Assembly (NCBI GenBank): GCA_965203605.1
Contig: OZ241902.1
Coordinates: forward strand, 2,345,425 to 2,409,424
Length of the DNA: 64,000 nt
Reading direction: 5' to 3'
Source of the DNA: Paracoccaceae bacterium
GTDB taxonomy: Bacteria; Pseudomonadota; Alphaproteobacteria; Rhodobacterales; Rhodobacteraceae
Positions 31,124 to 40,816 of this stretch are shown here, piece by piece. A program made the translations under genes and the position numbers. Position 1 is the stretch's first letter. The number at the start of each line of letters is the position of its first letter. The notes beneath the pieces are model-generated. The model made no database searches, had not been told where the DNA came from, and saw nothing but the letters and a program-made list of their open reading frames with translations.

Positions 31124-32972
31124 TCACGACCGTACGCGGTAGGTTCAGGCCACTGACCAGTTCCGGATGTTCCTGAATCGCCTCCAGGATGGCCTCCAGC
31201 ATGCGCAGCCGGACAACCTCGCTCTGGCCAATGACATCCACCCGCGCCTGTTCACCTGCCGCCAGCGCTTCCAGGTAGGCCTGCTCCGCCCGACCCTCGT
31301 CCGCCCGCCGCTCAACGGCGATGGCAGCGCGTTCTCGGGCGATCTGCTCAGTCACCAGCACCGCCTGCTGGTCCGCTGTCGCCTTCTCGCGCTCGGTTTC
31401 GATGCGCTCCACCTGAGCCAGCCGCTCCTGAATGGTGGCAGCGCGGAACTGAACCGCCAGCTGCTCGCGCTTTCGCGCCACCAGAAGTTCGGCGGGAATA
31501 TCAACATTGCCGATTTTCACCCCGACAATGGAAATCCCGGCGTCCTCGCCTGCCGATTCCATCGCCCGGGTCACCAGGCGTTCCAGCAGTTCGCGGTTCT
31601 CGATGAAATCCAGCACCAGCGTCCCCCGTCGTACCGTCATGTCCGGATCGGGAAGGTTCCGCCGCCCGTCGGCGATATCCGCCTCCAATCGCCGCAGTTC
31701 CGTCGCCACCGCCTCTGGCACCGGGGCATCCGGCGCGATGGACGTCCGGAGCAGCTGGAGTTCGGTCTCCAGCGTCTCAAGCTGGCGCAGGGCCTCGTCA
31801 TGGGCGACACGGTTGGGAACCTCAATTGTGCCACCGCCGATGTTGCGCAGCACCGACCGTAGGTTCGGGGTGATGAACCGGTCGCGCACCGCCTCCAGAT
31901 TGCCTACCGCCGCCACCGTTGCCGGTGCCCGGTCCGGCGGCACCTGAGCCTGAATCCTCACGTCCACATGCACCGTCCAGCCCTCGACTTTCACCGCCAC
32001 GGCATTGCCGGCCGCATCCTCGCGGGCGGGCACCGTTATCGGCGTCCGTTCCTGGGTCACCGACCCGTCCGCCGCCATTTCCAGATCAATGCGCGACGAC
32101 CGGTAGCCACCAGCATAGGTCCAGACATTGGTGCGGGTCTCCAGTAGCGTGACTTCGTAAGCCATGCGGTTGAGGAAATAGGTGCCCGGCGGCAGGGGTT
32201 CCTCCCAAGTGCCGCGACAACCCACCGGCACCAACTCGACACTGACGCTGCCCACCGTCTGACGTTCAGTCCTGGAACAGTCCACGACCTCGCCCGGCCG
32301 CGTGGGCATGTCCGCCGGACGGCGTCCCTCGTTCACCGCTGACTTGATCACCGCGACGGCGCCGTTGGGAACGACCGTCGCCCTGGTGGTCTCGTCGACC
32401 TCCACCTTGAACAGGTGCGTGTTGATCGGATAGGCACCCGGACGCAGCACCGTAGTCTGTGGTCCTTTGGTACCTCGGTAGGTCACCCCGTCGATCTCTC
32501 GGCCCTCCATGAACCCGACGGCGTCCATGAAGAGTTTCGCCGGCACTGGCGGCGCGATGACCGACCCCTCCGGGAGCGCCTGGCCATCACGGGCCGACAC
32601 GAGGCCGTAATGGCCTTCCGGCACCACCGTATAGGGCACCTTCTGGGTTATGTAGATGAGACCGACGAAAGGTTCGAACTGGAATCCCGGCGGCAGGGTA
32701 CGGGCCTGCAGGCCACGCTCGCCGCCCGTAGCAATGAGCCGTCCATCCTGAAGGTCCGTTCCAAGGTAGACCCGGTCAAGGACCATGATCTCCCGCCCGC
32801 CCGGCATGACAAAATGAACCGGCAGCTGTAACAGCACAGCCAGTAGCAGGCAGAGATGACCGACCATGCCGCGCAGGACTGGCGGAATTTCCCACAGTCC
32901 GTCCAGCGGACGCAGAAAATACCATAGAACCGCGCTGGACAGGAAAATCAGTGAAAGGACAAAAGCGAACAT
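31029..32972 (-). CDS. SPFH/Band-7 family protein (flotillin/YqiK-like).
   Basis: N-terminal TM helix (MFAFVLSLIFLSSAVLWYFL), an SPFH core, then a long Ala/Glu-rich coiled-coil tail. ATG 32972 is preceded by AGGAGG with 6-nt spacing. The track ORF extends spuriously to 33140. Confidence 0.85.
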   Translation of the reverse strand: MFAFVLSLIFLSSAVLWYFLRPLDGLWEIPPVLRGMVGHLCLLLAVLLQLPVHFVMPGGREIMVLDRVYLGTDLQDGRLIATGGERGLQARTLPPGFQFEPFVGLIYITQKVPYTVVPEGHYGLVSARDGQALPEGSVIAPPVPAKLFMDAVGFMEGREIDGVTYRGTKGPQTTVLRPGAYPINTHLFKVEVDETTRATVVPNGAVAVIKSAVNEGRRPADMPTRPGEVVDCSRTERQTVGSVSVELVPVGCRGTWEEPLPPGTYFLNRMAYEVTLLETRTNVWTYAGGYRSSRIDLEMAADGSVTQERTPITVPAREDAAGNAVAVKVEGWTVHVDVRIQAQVPPDRAPATVAAVGNLEAVRDRFITPNLRSVLRNIGGGTIEVPNRVAHDEALRQLETLETELQLLRTSIAPDAPVPEAVATELRRLEADIADGRRNLPDPDMTVRRGTLVLDFIENRELLERLVTRAMESAGEDAGISIVGVKIGNVDIPAELLVARKREQLAVQFRAATIQERLAQVERIETEREKATADQQAVLVTEQIARERAAIAVERRADEGRAEQAYLEALAAGEQARVDVIGQSEVVRLRMLEAILEAIQEHPELVSGLNLPRTVVIGGDGGLEGASAILGATRMFGGPMESGADRR

Positions 32973-33636
32973 CGTCAACCTCCTATACGTTGGATTTTCG
33001 TCGGACTCCTTGTGTCCGACCATTGTCTGATCAAACGATTTCCCCGTAACGGCGGTGCACCGCGCCAGAAGCGCCAACCTGTTCGATCCAGGCGCTTCCA
33101 CACCCCGAAATACGATTCGATCAGCCGCCTTCGTTTCCACGGGGCTTCGGACAGTCCTCAGGACCGAACGGTCCAGTCAGGGAGCAGGTCCTCAAAAGGC
33201 AGGGCTGCGCCAGTCACCCATGTGACCTGCCCGCCGAGCGCCAGCGGCCACTGCCGTTCCAGTCAGTGATGCCGCACGACGCGAGCCTGATGGATGGTCC
33301 TTTCGGCCAGAACGGCCGTCAGGAACTTGTGGTGCAGCCATGACCGGGCACTGTCGCTGTCGGGTCTTGGCAGGTGGCCGGGAAACACGGATACGTTCCC
33401 TCCCAGCGGGACTTCAGCCCTCCCAGATCCGGGAGGCGGGAATCCCGTTTCCAGACCATTTCCTCCGGGCTTCCGCCCGGCTCTAACACTTCTGCGCCAA
33501 TGCCCCGATCCCAGTCGGCATGGGTTCCTCCTGCGATCTGCACATCCAGCTTCAGGATACAGGAAGCTGACTCCAGCCGCAACCCAAAAATGTTCCGCTT
33601 TTGTTCGTGAGTCTCCCATTCGTCGATTGGCATTGC

Positions 33637-33996
33637 TCACTTCTGTCGCCCAGTGAGTGCATGCTGAACTTCCCGGGCAACAAATTGCCGAATTCTGTCG
33701 GTGATCCGTTCACCTGTCTCGCCCCGAAGCTCTTCGCGCACGAGATCGGATACCATGCTTCGCAGCAGTTCCCTATCAACCGGGGCCTGCACCCCATGTG
33801 GCGGTCTTTCGCCAGCAGGATCGACGGATGCAAGCTCAGGTCCAATGCCATCGCGTGTATCAGCGTTACCGATGGACGCAGGGTCAATTGCATCCGGGTC
33901 GACCCGCATCTCAGGGGTCAACAGAAACGGCTCGGCTCCGGTTCCTGACATAATGCTCCCACGCAATTGATCCACTACTGAAGGCGAGGAAGCCAA
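33637..33996 (-). CDS. Hypothetical small protein (start uncertain: TTG 33996 or ATG 33951).
   Basis: 119-aa ORF ending ...ITDRIRQFVAREVQHALTGRQK. A second small ORF (33319..33633) starts 4 nt after its stop. Confidence 0.3.
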   Translation of the reverse strand: MASSPSVVDQLRGSIMSGTGAEPFLLTPEMRVDPDAIDPASIGNADTRDGIGPELASVDPAGERPPHGVQAPVDRELLRSMVSDLVREELRGETGERITDRIRQFVAREVQHALTGRQK

Positions 33997-34141
33997 TCAT
34001 GGCAACCGGCCAATTTCCAAAGCCCTTTCCTGGTTCCACTTCAGAAGTGCCGTGCGGCATATCCCGACAGAGGGATTGGGGTGCTAAATCCCGCTTAGCG
34101 GAACGTATTTCATTCGAGGCCAGCGCCCGCGGACCGATCAA

Positions 34142-35587
34142 CTACTGCTTTTGGAGAGCTTCAAGAACACGATCAAGATCGCTCCCGCGCTTGCTCAAGG
34201 ATCTGCCCGGACGGGACTTCGAATTCGCCAGATTGTAATGAACCGCAGGATCATATGTAACAATGCCAAGCCCTAGATTCTCTGCATTCAGAACGCCCAT
34301 CGCAGAAAGAAGGTAGTACCGAGAGACAAACTGCTGAACCTCCGCGCCAATGAGGTTTGACCTCGCGTCAAGAAGTTCCTGTTCGGCATCGAGGACGTCA
34401 AGGGTGGTGCGTGAACCAAACCGGGCTTCTTCCCGGGCACCATCGTAAGCGAGTTGGCTGGCGGTTACCTGTAGCCTGCTTGCCTCCGTTCGCGCGGCCG
34501 ACACCTGTAGCAGTGACCACGCTCTTCCCACTCCAAGTTCCACATTTACGACAGATTGCAGGAGAGCGGCACGCGCGGCATCCCGACGGTCCCCCAACTG
34601 CCGCAGGGCGGAAGCCGAACCACCACGGAAAATCGGAAGGGTTGCGCGCAGGCTCGCGCCGTAACTGTGATCGGAATCGTCATCTATGGAGAGATTCAGA
34701 CCTGTCGTGACAATAAGGCCCTGCGCAGCACGGAGGCGTTGGGCATTTGCTTCAGCAGCATTGACACTGCGCTGCGCTTCCTTGATCCGCGGATGGGTTC
34801 TGACAGCAATTCCCTTCGCATCTTCTTCAGAAGTCGCCAGCGCCGGCGTCGTTTCCGGCCAATCCAGCTCCGCAGGCAGTCGGCCGACCACAGACCTGTA
34901 AGTCTCCCGCGCCACCACGAGGTCACCTTCCGCCGCCGCGAGATTGCCACGGGCGGCCGACAGACGTGCCTCCGCGATCGACACATCCGTCCGTGTTGCC
35001 TCGCCTACATTGAATCTGTCCCTGGCGGCGCGCAGCTCCTCGGTGATCAATTCCACATTGTTGTCACGCAACGAAACGAACTGCGTAGCCCTAATTACCT
35101 CCATATACGCCTCAACGGCATCCAGAAGAACTTCCTGCTCCACCCGCATCAGCGCCGCACGCAAACCAAGAACCGTTTCCTTGGCTGCCTCCGCGGCATG
35201 ACGTGTGACGCCATTGTCGAAGACCGTCAATTCCATGGCGAGCGCCACCGAACCGGACCAATGCTCTCCCTCCCTGTTTCGCTCCGGACCGATCGCATTA
35301 GCTTGGGTAACGAAGTTCAGCACGGGCTGGAGAGTCGCGTATGCCTGCGCGACATCTTCGTCGGCTGCACGAAGAAGTGCGCGCTGCTGCTCAATCAGGT
35401 TTGAATTCTCATACGCACCTACAAGTGCATCGGCCAAGGTCTCGGCCCCAGCATCGTGGGTGAAGGCGGTTCCCATCGCGATACCGACAGACAGTATCGG
35501 GAACTTCAGTATGCAACCCAACGAACGGCCCATTCCAGCCCCGCTCCGCCCCGAAACAACGTTCATCCCAGTCCCCCAATCGATCAT
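34142..35587 (-). CDS. TolC-family outer-membrane efflux/secretion channel.
   Basis: 481 aa with a signal-peptide-like N-terminus and two OEP repeats (…LIEQQRALLRAADEDVAQAYA…, …LLSAMGVLNAENLGL). The tolC-pcm adjacency is typical of Rhizobiales. Confidence 0.85.
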   Translation of the reverse strand: MIDWGTGMNVVSGRSGAGMGRSLGCILKFPILSVGIAMGTAFTHDAGAETLADALVGAYENSNLIEQQRALLRAADEDVAQAYATLQPVLNFVTQANAIGPERNREGEHWSGSVALAMELTVFDNGVTRHAAEAAKETVLGLRAALMRVEQEVLLDAVEAYMEVIRATQFVSLRDNNVELITEELRAARDRFNVGEATRTDVSIAEARLSAARGNLAAAEGDLVVARETYRSVVGRLPAELDWPETTPALATSEEDAKGIAVRTHPRIKEAQRSVNAAEANAQRLRAAQGLIVTTGLNLSIDDDSDHSYGASLRATLPIFRGGSASALRQLGDRRDAARAALLQSVVNVELGVGRAWSLLQVSAARTEASRLQVTASQLAYDGAREEARFGSRTTLDVLDAEQELLDARSNLIGAEVQQFVSRYYLLSAMGVLNAENLGLGIVTYDPAVHYNLANSKSRPGRSLSKRGSDLDRVLEALQKQ

Positions 35588-36213
35588 AGCTGAAATCCCC
35601 TCTCCGGAGCAAATCCCTGCAGCACAGGAGCCATTGCATTGAATGCGTCCCGCCAGTCTATCGAATCGCCCTTCCTTCGACCGATCCGGCAGACGCCGAA
35701 GTCTCCCTGAACGAAAATCGCCCCAATGCGCCCACCATCCTTGATCTGGCCCAAGATAGCACTTGGGAGCTTCTCGATTCCACCCTGAAGCACCACCACG
35801 TCATATGGGCCGTGCCGTGGTTCACCTTGAGAAAGAGGAGCGACGAAGACCGCGACATTGTCAACACCTTCAACCACAAGTCTGGATTCCGCCTCAGCGG
35901 CCAGTTCGACATCTTCCTCGACGGCAATAACCACTTCTGCCAAGCGAGCGATGACGGCCGATGAGTAGCCCAATCCACAGCCCAGATCCAGAACGAGCTC
36001 ATCTGGCTGTATGTCAAGCGCATCAAGCAATTTCGCCAGCGTCCGGGGATCCAGAATCACCCGCTGGCCGCCGAGAGCGATCGGACCGTCACAGTAGGCT
36101 GTCCCTCTCGAGCCATCTGGCACAAACTCCTCTCTCGGCACCGATAGCATCGCGCTTATGATCGGAAATTTGGTGACGTCGGCAGGCCGAACCTGCGTGT
36201 CGACCATGGTCAT
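35584..36213 (-). CDS. pcm: Protein-L-isoaspartate O-methyltransferase.
   Basis: SAM-MTase motif I LDLGCGLGYSSAVIARLA plus a PCMT-type C-terminus. The start could be 36207-36237. Its stop overlaps the tolC start by 4 nt. Confidence 0.85.
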   Translation of the reverse strand: MTMVDTQVRPADVTKFPIISAMLSVPREEFVPDGSRGTAYCDGPIALGGQRVILDPRTLAKLLDALDIQPDELVLDLGCGLGYSSAVIARLAEVVIAVEEDVELAAEAESRLVVEGVDNVAVFVAPLSQGEPRHGPYDVVVLQGGIEKLPSAILGQIKDGGRIGAIFVQGDFGVCRIGRRKGDSIDWRDAFNAMAPVLQGFAPERGFQL

Positions 36214-36602
36214 GCGTTGGGTGGGAATTTCAGTCATCAGGATCAGGCCTCGTGGAACCGCCAGTCTCGAAGTCTTTCTGCCACGTAACGGAGGCAGCGG
36301 CAACTGCCGACGGACTGATGGTCAAGTGCGATCCCATACCGAATGCCATCGGACTTATGGATATTGTATATGCCAAATGCCTGCGTCCGGGCAAACCCTC
36401 ATGTCGACGTACGATCTCCACTGCGCGTACCCTGCCCCATCCAGCAGCAAGTGCCCATAGACGCGCAGGTATCGGCGGCAATGTCTACACGTCAACGGGA
36501 TCACTCCCAACCAGGATCACCGGGCCCACTTTAGTTCCCGACCGGCGGCGAAACCGTGCTTGCCATTGTGCCGATCATGACCTAAACTTCCGTCGCGTCG
36601 CA

Positions 36603-36676
36603 GGTGAGTTGGCGGAGAGGCTACGCAGCGGACTGCAAATCCGTGTACACCGGTTCGAATCCGGTACTCACCTCCA
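36603..36676 (+). tRNA. tRNA-Cys (GCA).
   Basis: 74 nt. Acceptor stem GGTGAGT/ACTCACC, anticodon loop CTGCAAA, T-arm GGTTCGAATCC, 3' CCA encoded. It aligns position-by-position with E. coli tRNA-Cys. Confidence 0.9.
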
Positions 36677-36882
36677 ACCATTCCTCACCTTCCCGAACAG
36701 CGCAGATTCGCTTCCGATACCCACTCCAGCCGAAGCGTCCACGAGCTACGGCACTGGCTGCAGCCATCCCTTTCGTGGTGTGCCCGGTTGGGATGTATCC
36801 GAACCCTGGTCGGCAAAATACCGACACCTTGGCTCAATCCAGCGCCAGACCAGCATTCCGGCCTCTCGAATGGACCGTCGCT

Positions 36883-37776
36883 CTATGTGAGTATTCCCTT
36901 CTCGCGAGCGAGTTCCGTCACGCGCCGCTGCAGTTTCTCAAACGCCCGGACCTCAATCTGCCGAACGCGTTCGCGGCTAACGCCATATTGACCGGATAGC
37001 TCCTCAAGCGTCATCGGCTGCTCCTGCAAACGCCTTTGCGTGAGGATGTCCTGCTCACGTTCATTCAGCACAGCCAGCGCCTCGGCAAGAAGTTCACGCC
37101 TGACGTCCAGTTCATCCTTATCCTCATACGCCGCCGCTTGATCCGCGTCCTCGTCCTCCAGCCAGTCCTGCCATTCCGTTGAGCTATCCCCATCGGCTCC
37201 ACCAACAAGGGAGTTGAGCGACGCGTCACTCCCGGAAATCCGACGGTTCATCGAGATGACTTCGTCTTCGGAAACACCGAGATCCGACGCGATCTTCCTG
37301 ACCTTGTCAGGATGCAGATCCCCGTCCTCCAAAGCACCGATTCGAGCCTTCGCCTTGCGAAGGTTGAAGAACAGCTTTTTCTGCGCCGATGTCGTGCCGA
37401 GTTTAACCAGTGACCAGGACCGCAGGATGTACTCCTGGATCGACGCACGGATCCACCACATGGCATATGTGGCTAGCCGGAATCCTCTTTCAGGGTCAAA
37501 ACGCCTGACGGCCTGCATCAGACCGACATTGGCTTCGGAAATCACCTCCGCCTGTGGCAATCCATAGCCTCGGTAACCCATTGCGATCTTTGCCGCCAAT
37601 CTCAGGTGTGAGGTCACCAAACGATGCGCCGCACTCGTATCCTGTCGCTCCACCCATGCCTTCGCCAGCATATATTCCTCTTCCGGCTCCAGCATCGGAA
37701 ACCTTCTGATCTCCTGCAAATAGCGGTTCAGCCCCTGCTCAGGACTCGGAGCCGGCAGATTCGCGTAATTACCCAT
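36883..37776 (-). CDS. rpoH: RNA polymerase sigma-32 factor.
   Basis: 297 aa with the RpoH box (QKKLFFNLRKAKAR) and sigma-70 regions 2 and 4. Confidence 0.95.
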   Translation of the reverse strand: MGNYANLPAPSPEQGLNRYLQEIRRFPMLEPEEEYMLAKAWVERQDTSAAHRLVTSHLRLAAKIAMGYRGYGLPQAEVISEANVGLMQAVRRFDPERGFRLATYAMWWIRASIQEYILRSWSLVKLGTTSAQKKLFFNLRKAKARIGALEDGDLHPDKVRKIASDLGVSEDEVISMNRRISGSDASLNSLVGGADGDSSTEWQDWLEDEDADQAAAYEDKDELDVRRELLAEALAVLNEREQDILTQRRLQEQPMTLEELSGQYGVSRERVRQIEVRAFEKLQRRVTELAREKGILT

Positions 37777-37928
37777 GAGCTTTCCTCATGCCCTATGTTT
37801 ATCGTGTTAACATCAATCTAGGACCACTGTACCGACAATTCAAGGATGCAACACATCTTTTCGGTTCGTCACAGACACCGTTATCTGCCGATGCGCCGAC
37901 ATCTGCCAGCGACTCTCACGCCGATGTG

Positions 37929-38960
37929 TCAACAAGTGTTCCTCAGGGCTTCAAGAAGCGCTGCCAGATCATGCGGAGCAGGCGCGTCAAACCGAAGGAA
38001 CTCACGGCTCACCGGATGAGCGAATCCAAGGCTTCGCGCGTGAAGCGCCTGCCTCGGAAAGCCCGCTGCCAGTTCCACAACGGACCTGTCCAATGAACTG
38101 GTGGAAAGCACACGCTTCCTCCCATACAGAGGATCGCCGATCAACCCGTGGCCCACATAGGCAAGATGCGTCCGGATCTGGTGGGTTCGTCCGGTTTCGA
38201 GCCAACAGTCAAGCCGAGCGACTTCGGGCGGAGCGCCGAATTCCTCGACCACACGGATCCGTGTCACGGCGTCGCGTCCACCTTCGAACCTGACCGCTTG
38301 GCGCTGTCGGTCCGTCCGATGCCTGCCAAGCTGGGTCCTGACCCGAATCGTCCCACCTTCCTCGAAACCAACGCCCCGGATGCCCCTCAATCGGGGATCG
38401 GATACGCTGGGAACGCCGTAGCAGACAGCCGTATAGATACGTTCAACCTCATGCCTCTCGAACTGACGTGCCAACCCAAGATGCGCACGGTCGGACTTTG
38501 CGACCACAAGCAGCCCAGACGTGCCTTTGTCGATCCTGTGAACAATTCCCGGGCGCCGTGCCCCGCCCACGCCGGACAGACCGCTTCCGCAATGAGCCAG
38601 AAGCGCATTGACGAGCGTACCCGACGGCGTCCCCGGGGCAGGATGGACAACTGTTCCCGCGGGCTTGTCAACGACGATCAGTTCGTCATCCTCGAACACC
38701 ACGTCCAACGGAATGCTCTCAGCCCCAATGTGGCTGTCCATCGCGTCTGGCACCGCAATCTCGAAAGTCTCGCCTGCGGCGACTCTTGCATCTGGATCGA
38801 TCACTGGAACGCCATCGCGCACCACTGCTCCACCGAGGATCAGACGGGCCAGCCGTGAACGGCTGAGAGCGGCGCTTTCTGGAACATCGCGCGCCAATGC
38901 GCTATCAAGACGCGATGGAGGGTCAGCTGCGACCGTCACCACCAAGCGGGAAGAGGACAT
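37929..38960 (-). CDS. rluD: 23S rRNA pseudouridine synthase, RluA family (RluD-like).
   Basis: N-terminal S4 domain (RLDSALA...SRSRLARLI). Catalytic HRIDKGTSGLLVVAK motif with the conserved Asp. Confidence 0.9.
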   Translation of the reverse strand: MSSSRLVVTVAADPPSRLDSALARDVPESAALSRSRLARLILGGAVVRDGVPVIDPDARVAAGETFEIAVPDAMDSHIGAESIPLDVVFEDDELIVVDKPAGTVVHPAPGTPSGTLVNALLAHCGSGLSGVGGARRPGIVHRIDKGTSGLLVVAKSDRAHLGLARQFERHEVERIYTAVCYGVPSVSDPRLRGIRGVGFEEGGTIRVRTQLGRHRTDRQRQAVRFEGGRDAVTRIRVVEEFGAPPEVARLDCWLETGRTHQIRTHLAYVGHGLIGDPLYGRKRVLSTSSLDRSVVELAAGFPRQALHARSLGFAHPVSREFLRFDAPAPHDLAALLEALRNTC

Positions 38961-39264
38961 GGGCGAGATCTCCGATCATGGCACCAGATCGCTGAGATTC
39001 CTGCGAATGCTGGTCACCGTGCTGACCTCCGTGATGATTGCTGGATTCATAATCCTGATCGTCTTTCTTGTCACTCGCTTTCCCGATGACCCCGGTCTTG
39101 TGCCACCTGATCAGATCAATCTACCCACGGGTGTCAGGGCGGTTGCATTCACTCAAGCCGAAAAGTGGTTCGCCATCGTGACAGACAGAGACCAGGTTCT
39201 TATCTTTGATCGTGCGGACAACAGGCTCATTCAGACCATCGAAATCGTGCATTCAGGGCAATAA
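38959..39264 (+). CDS. Small membrane protein (101 aa, one TM helix).
   Basis: Internal ATG of ORF 38608..39264: MGEISDHGTRSLRFLRMLVTVLTSVMIAGFIILIVFLV... Its start is divergent from, and shares 2 nt with, the rluD start. Confidence 0.4.
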   Translation: MGEISDHGTRSLRFLRMLVTVLTSVMIAGFIILIVFLVTRFPDDPGLVPPDQINLPTGVRAVAFTQAEKWFAIVTDRDQVLIFDRADNRLIQTIEIVHSGQ

Positions 39265-39552
39265 CGGCACCTGACCAGAAAAAACGCGAACCTATCGCCG
39301 ACGAATTTCCTGGAACCTTGCGACGACCCAAACGGCGGTCCGATCCGATGTGGCGAAGATCATGACGGTGGTTCGGCCAACCGCTGCCAAGAGTCGCGAA
39401 GATCCACCCCTCGCAGACGGATTCTGGGCCAGCGGTGATGGCGTCCAGGAATCGGGTCGCGATCGATCGCATCAAGATCGGAGATATCCGGTCCCGCTGG
39501 GCTTTGTTCGATGCGTTCACCAACCATCGGCAACTGCTCGGCTGTTAATCCA

Positions 39553-40104
39553 CTACCGACCCAAGTCCGCCAATTTGGCCTGCAGGTCAGCAAGCTGTCG
39601 TTTGATTTCATCAAGCTCACCGGAATTCGCCGATGGAGATTCCGATTCATCCTTCCGAGCCGATTCATTACCGGCCCACCCTCCGGTCATTGCCTTGAAA
39701 AACGCCTCCTGCTGCAGCTTCACCGCCTCGAATCCCGGCATCGCAGCCATCGGATTGGCGAAATTCTCCATCATCCTGAACTGACCTTCGCGCAGCATCT
39801 CAAAACCGGCCGACAGGAACTGCGGAACAACTGAATGAACTCCGGTCGAGTAGCTTCTCACAAGATCGGTCAACACATCCACCGGCAGTACGTTGTCACC
39901 CTGGCTTTCGTGGTCGGCAATGATCTGAAGAAGGTACTGTTTGGTTAGGTCGTCACCGGACTTCAGGTCCAGGATCTGTACATCCCGACCTTCCCGAATG
40001 AACCGCGCGATGTCTTCGAGCGTTACGTAGTCGCTGGTTTCCGTATTGTACAGCCTTCGACTGGCATAACGTTTGATCAGCAAGGGCTCCGATCCAGCGG
40101 CCAT
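39553..40104 (-). CDS. phaR: PHA synthesis repressor PhaR.
   Basis: LIKRYASRRLYNTETSDYVTLEDI PHB/PHA accumulation-regulator DNA-binding domain at the N-terminus. Confidence 0.9.
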   Translation of the reverse strand: MAAGSEPLLIKRYASRRLYNTETSDYVTLEDIARFIREGRDVQILDLKSGDDLTKQYLLQIIADHESQGDNVLPVDVLTDLVRSYSTGVHSVVPQFLSAGFEMLREGQFRMMENFANPMAAMPGFEAVKLQQEAFFKAMTGGWAGNESARKDESESPSANSGELDEIKRQLADLQAKLADLGR

Positions 40105-40240
40105 GGGCATCCTCCGATCCAGCGGCACACCCGAACCCTAAGGCCTTGCGCGACGGAAAAAAAGGGGCGAGAACTGAACTCGCCCCAGTTTGCTGCGTCG
40201 GCAGGAGGAGATCCGACGCGAGGGAAACTCCTTCGCTGGC

Positions 40241-40693
40241 CTACTTGGCCACTGCGGTCGCCTTCTTGGCCGCGGCTGTCATTTCCGCCGTGGCCTTCTT
40301 GACGGCGGCGGTGGCGTCTTCCGACACGTCCTTGCCCGCAGCCAGCATGAGTTCGACCGTTTCCATCTGAACCTTCTTGGCAATCTCGGCGAAAGCCGAC
40401 ATCGACTCGGCGGCGATTTCCGCCTGGGCCGACGCAAAGTCAGTCATCGCCTTGGTGTAGTCGGCGGGGTCGTCCTTGACCTTCGTGACGTCAGCCACCT
40501 TGGCAAGAGTCTGTTTGGTCCACTTGGCGGATACCTCGGCCGAGTTCTCAGCCGCTTCAACCGCCACCTTGGACAATTTCTCGCCCAATGCAGCCTGGGT
40601 CCTGAAGACATCCTGCATTGCTGACATGTCAACCGGAAACACCCCCAGCATGTCCTTCATCAATTTCGTGTAGTCCTGTGCATTGACAGCCAT
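40241..40693 (-). CDS. phaP: Phasin (PHA granule-associated protein).
   Basis: 150-aa Ala/Lys/Glu-rich amphipathic protein (MAVNAQDYTKLMKDMLGVFPVDMSAMQDVFRTQAALGEKLSKVAVEAA...). It sits between phaR and phaC. Confidence 0.8.
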   Translation of the reverse strand: MAVNAQDYTKLMKDMLGVFPVDMSAMQDVFRTQAALGEKLSKVAVEAAENSAEVSAKWTKQTLAKVADVTKVKDDPADYTKAMTDFASAQAEIAAESMSAFAEIAKKVQMETVELMLAAGKDVSEDATAAVKKATAEMTAAAKKATAVAK

Positions 40694-40816
40694 CTCTGAA
40701 TCTCCATTCGCTACTCTGTGCGCTTCTGTATCGACGCAGACATAGATGCTGCATTGCAGCATTTCAAGTGATATTTTGCCGCATCGCAGAAAAATACTGC
40801 CGGACGCTGGCTGTCC

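Noticed and set aside
33012-33640. ORFs 33263..33640 (-) and 33319..33633 (-) as a possible NfeD partner of the SPFH protein.
   Set aside because: Neither product is hydrophobic or OB-fold-like, and they overlap each other in different frames. Only the upstream 33637..33996 ORF was kept, at low confidence.
36604-36999. ORFs 36604..36999 (+) and 36621..36827 (-).
   Set aside because: They overlap a canonical tRNA-Cys (36603-36676) and the 3' end of rpoH. The tRNA and rpoH explain the sequence.
40100-40762. Possible PhaR operator repeats in the phaP/phaR leaders and the divergent phaC-phaZ promoters.
   Set aside because: Expected by biology, but no specific site could be defined confidently by eye, so it is not reported as a feature.
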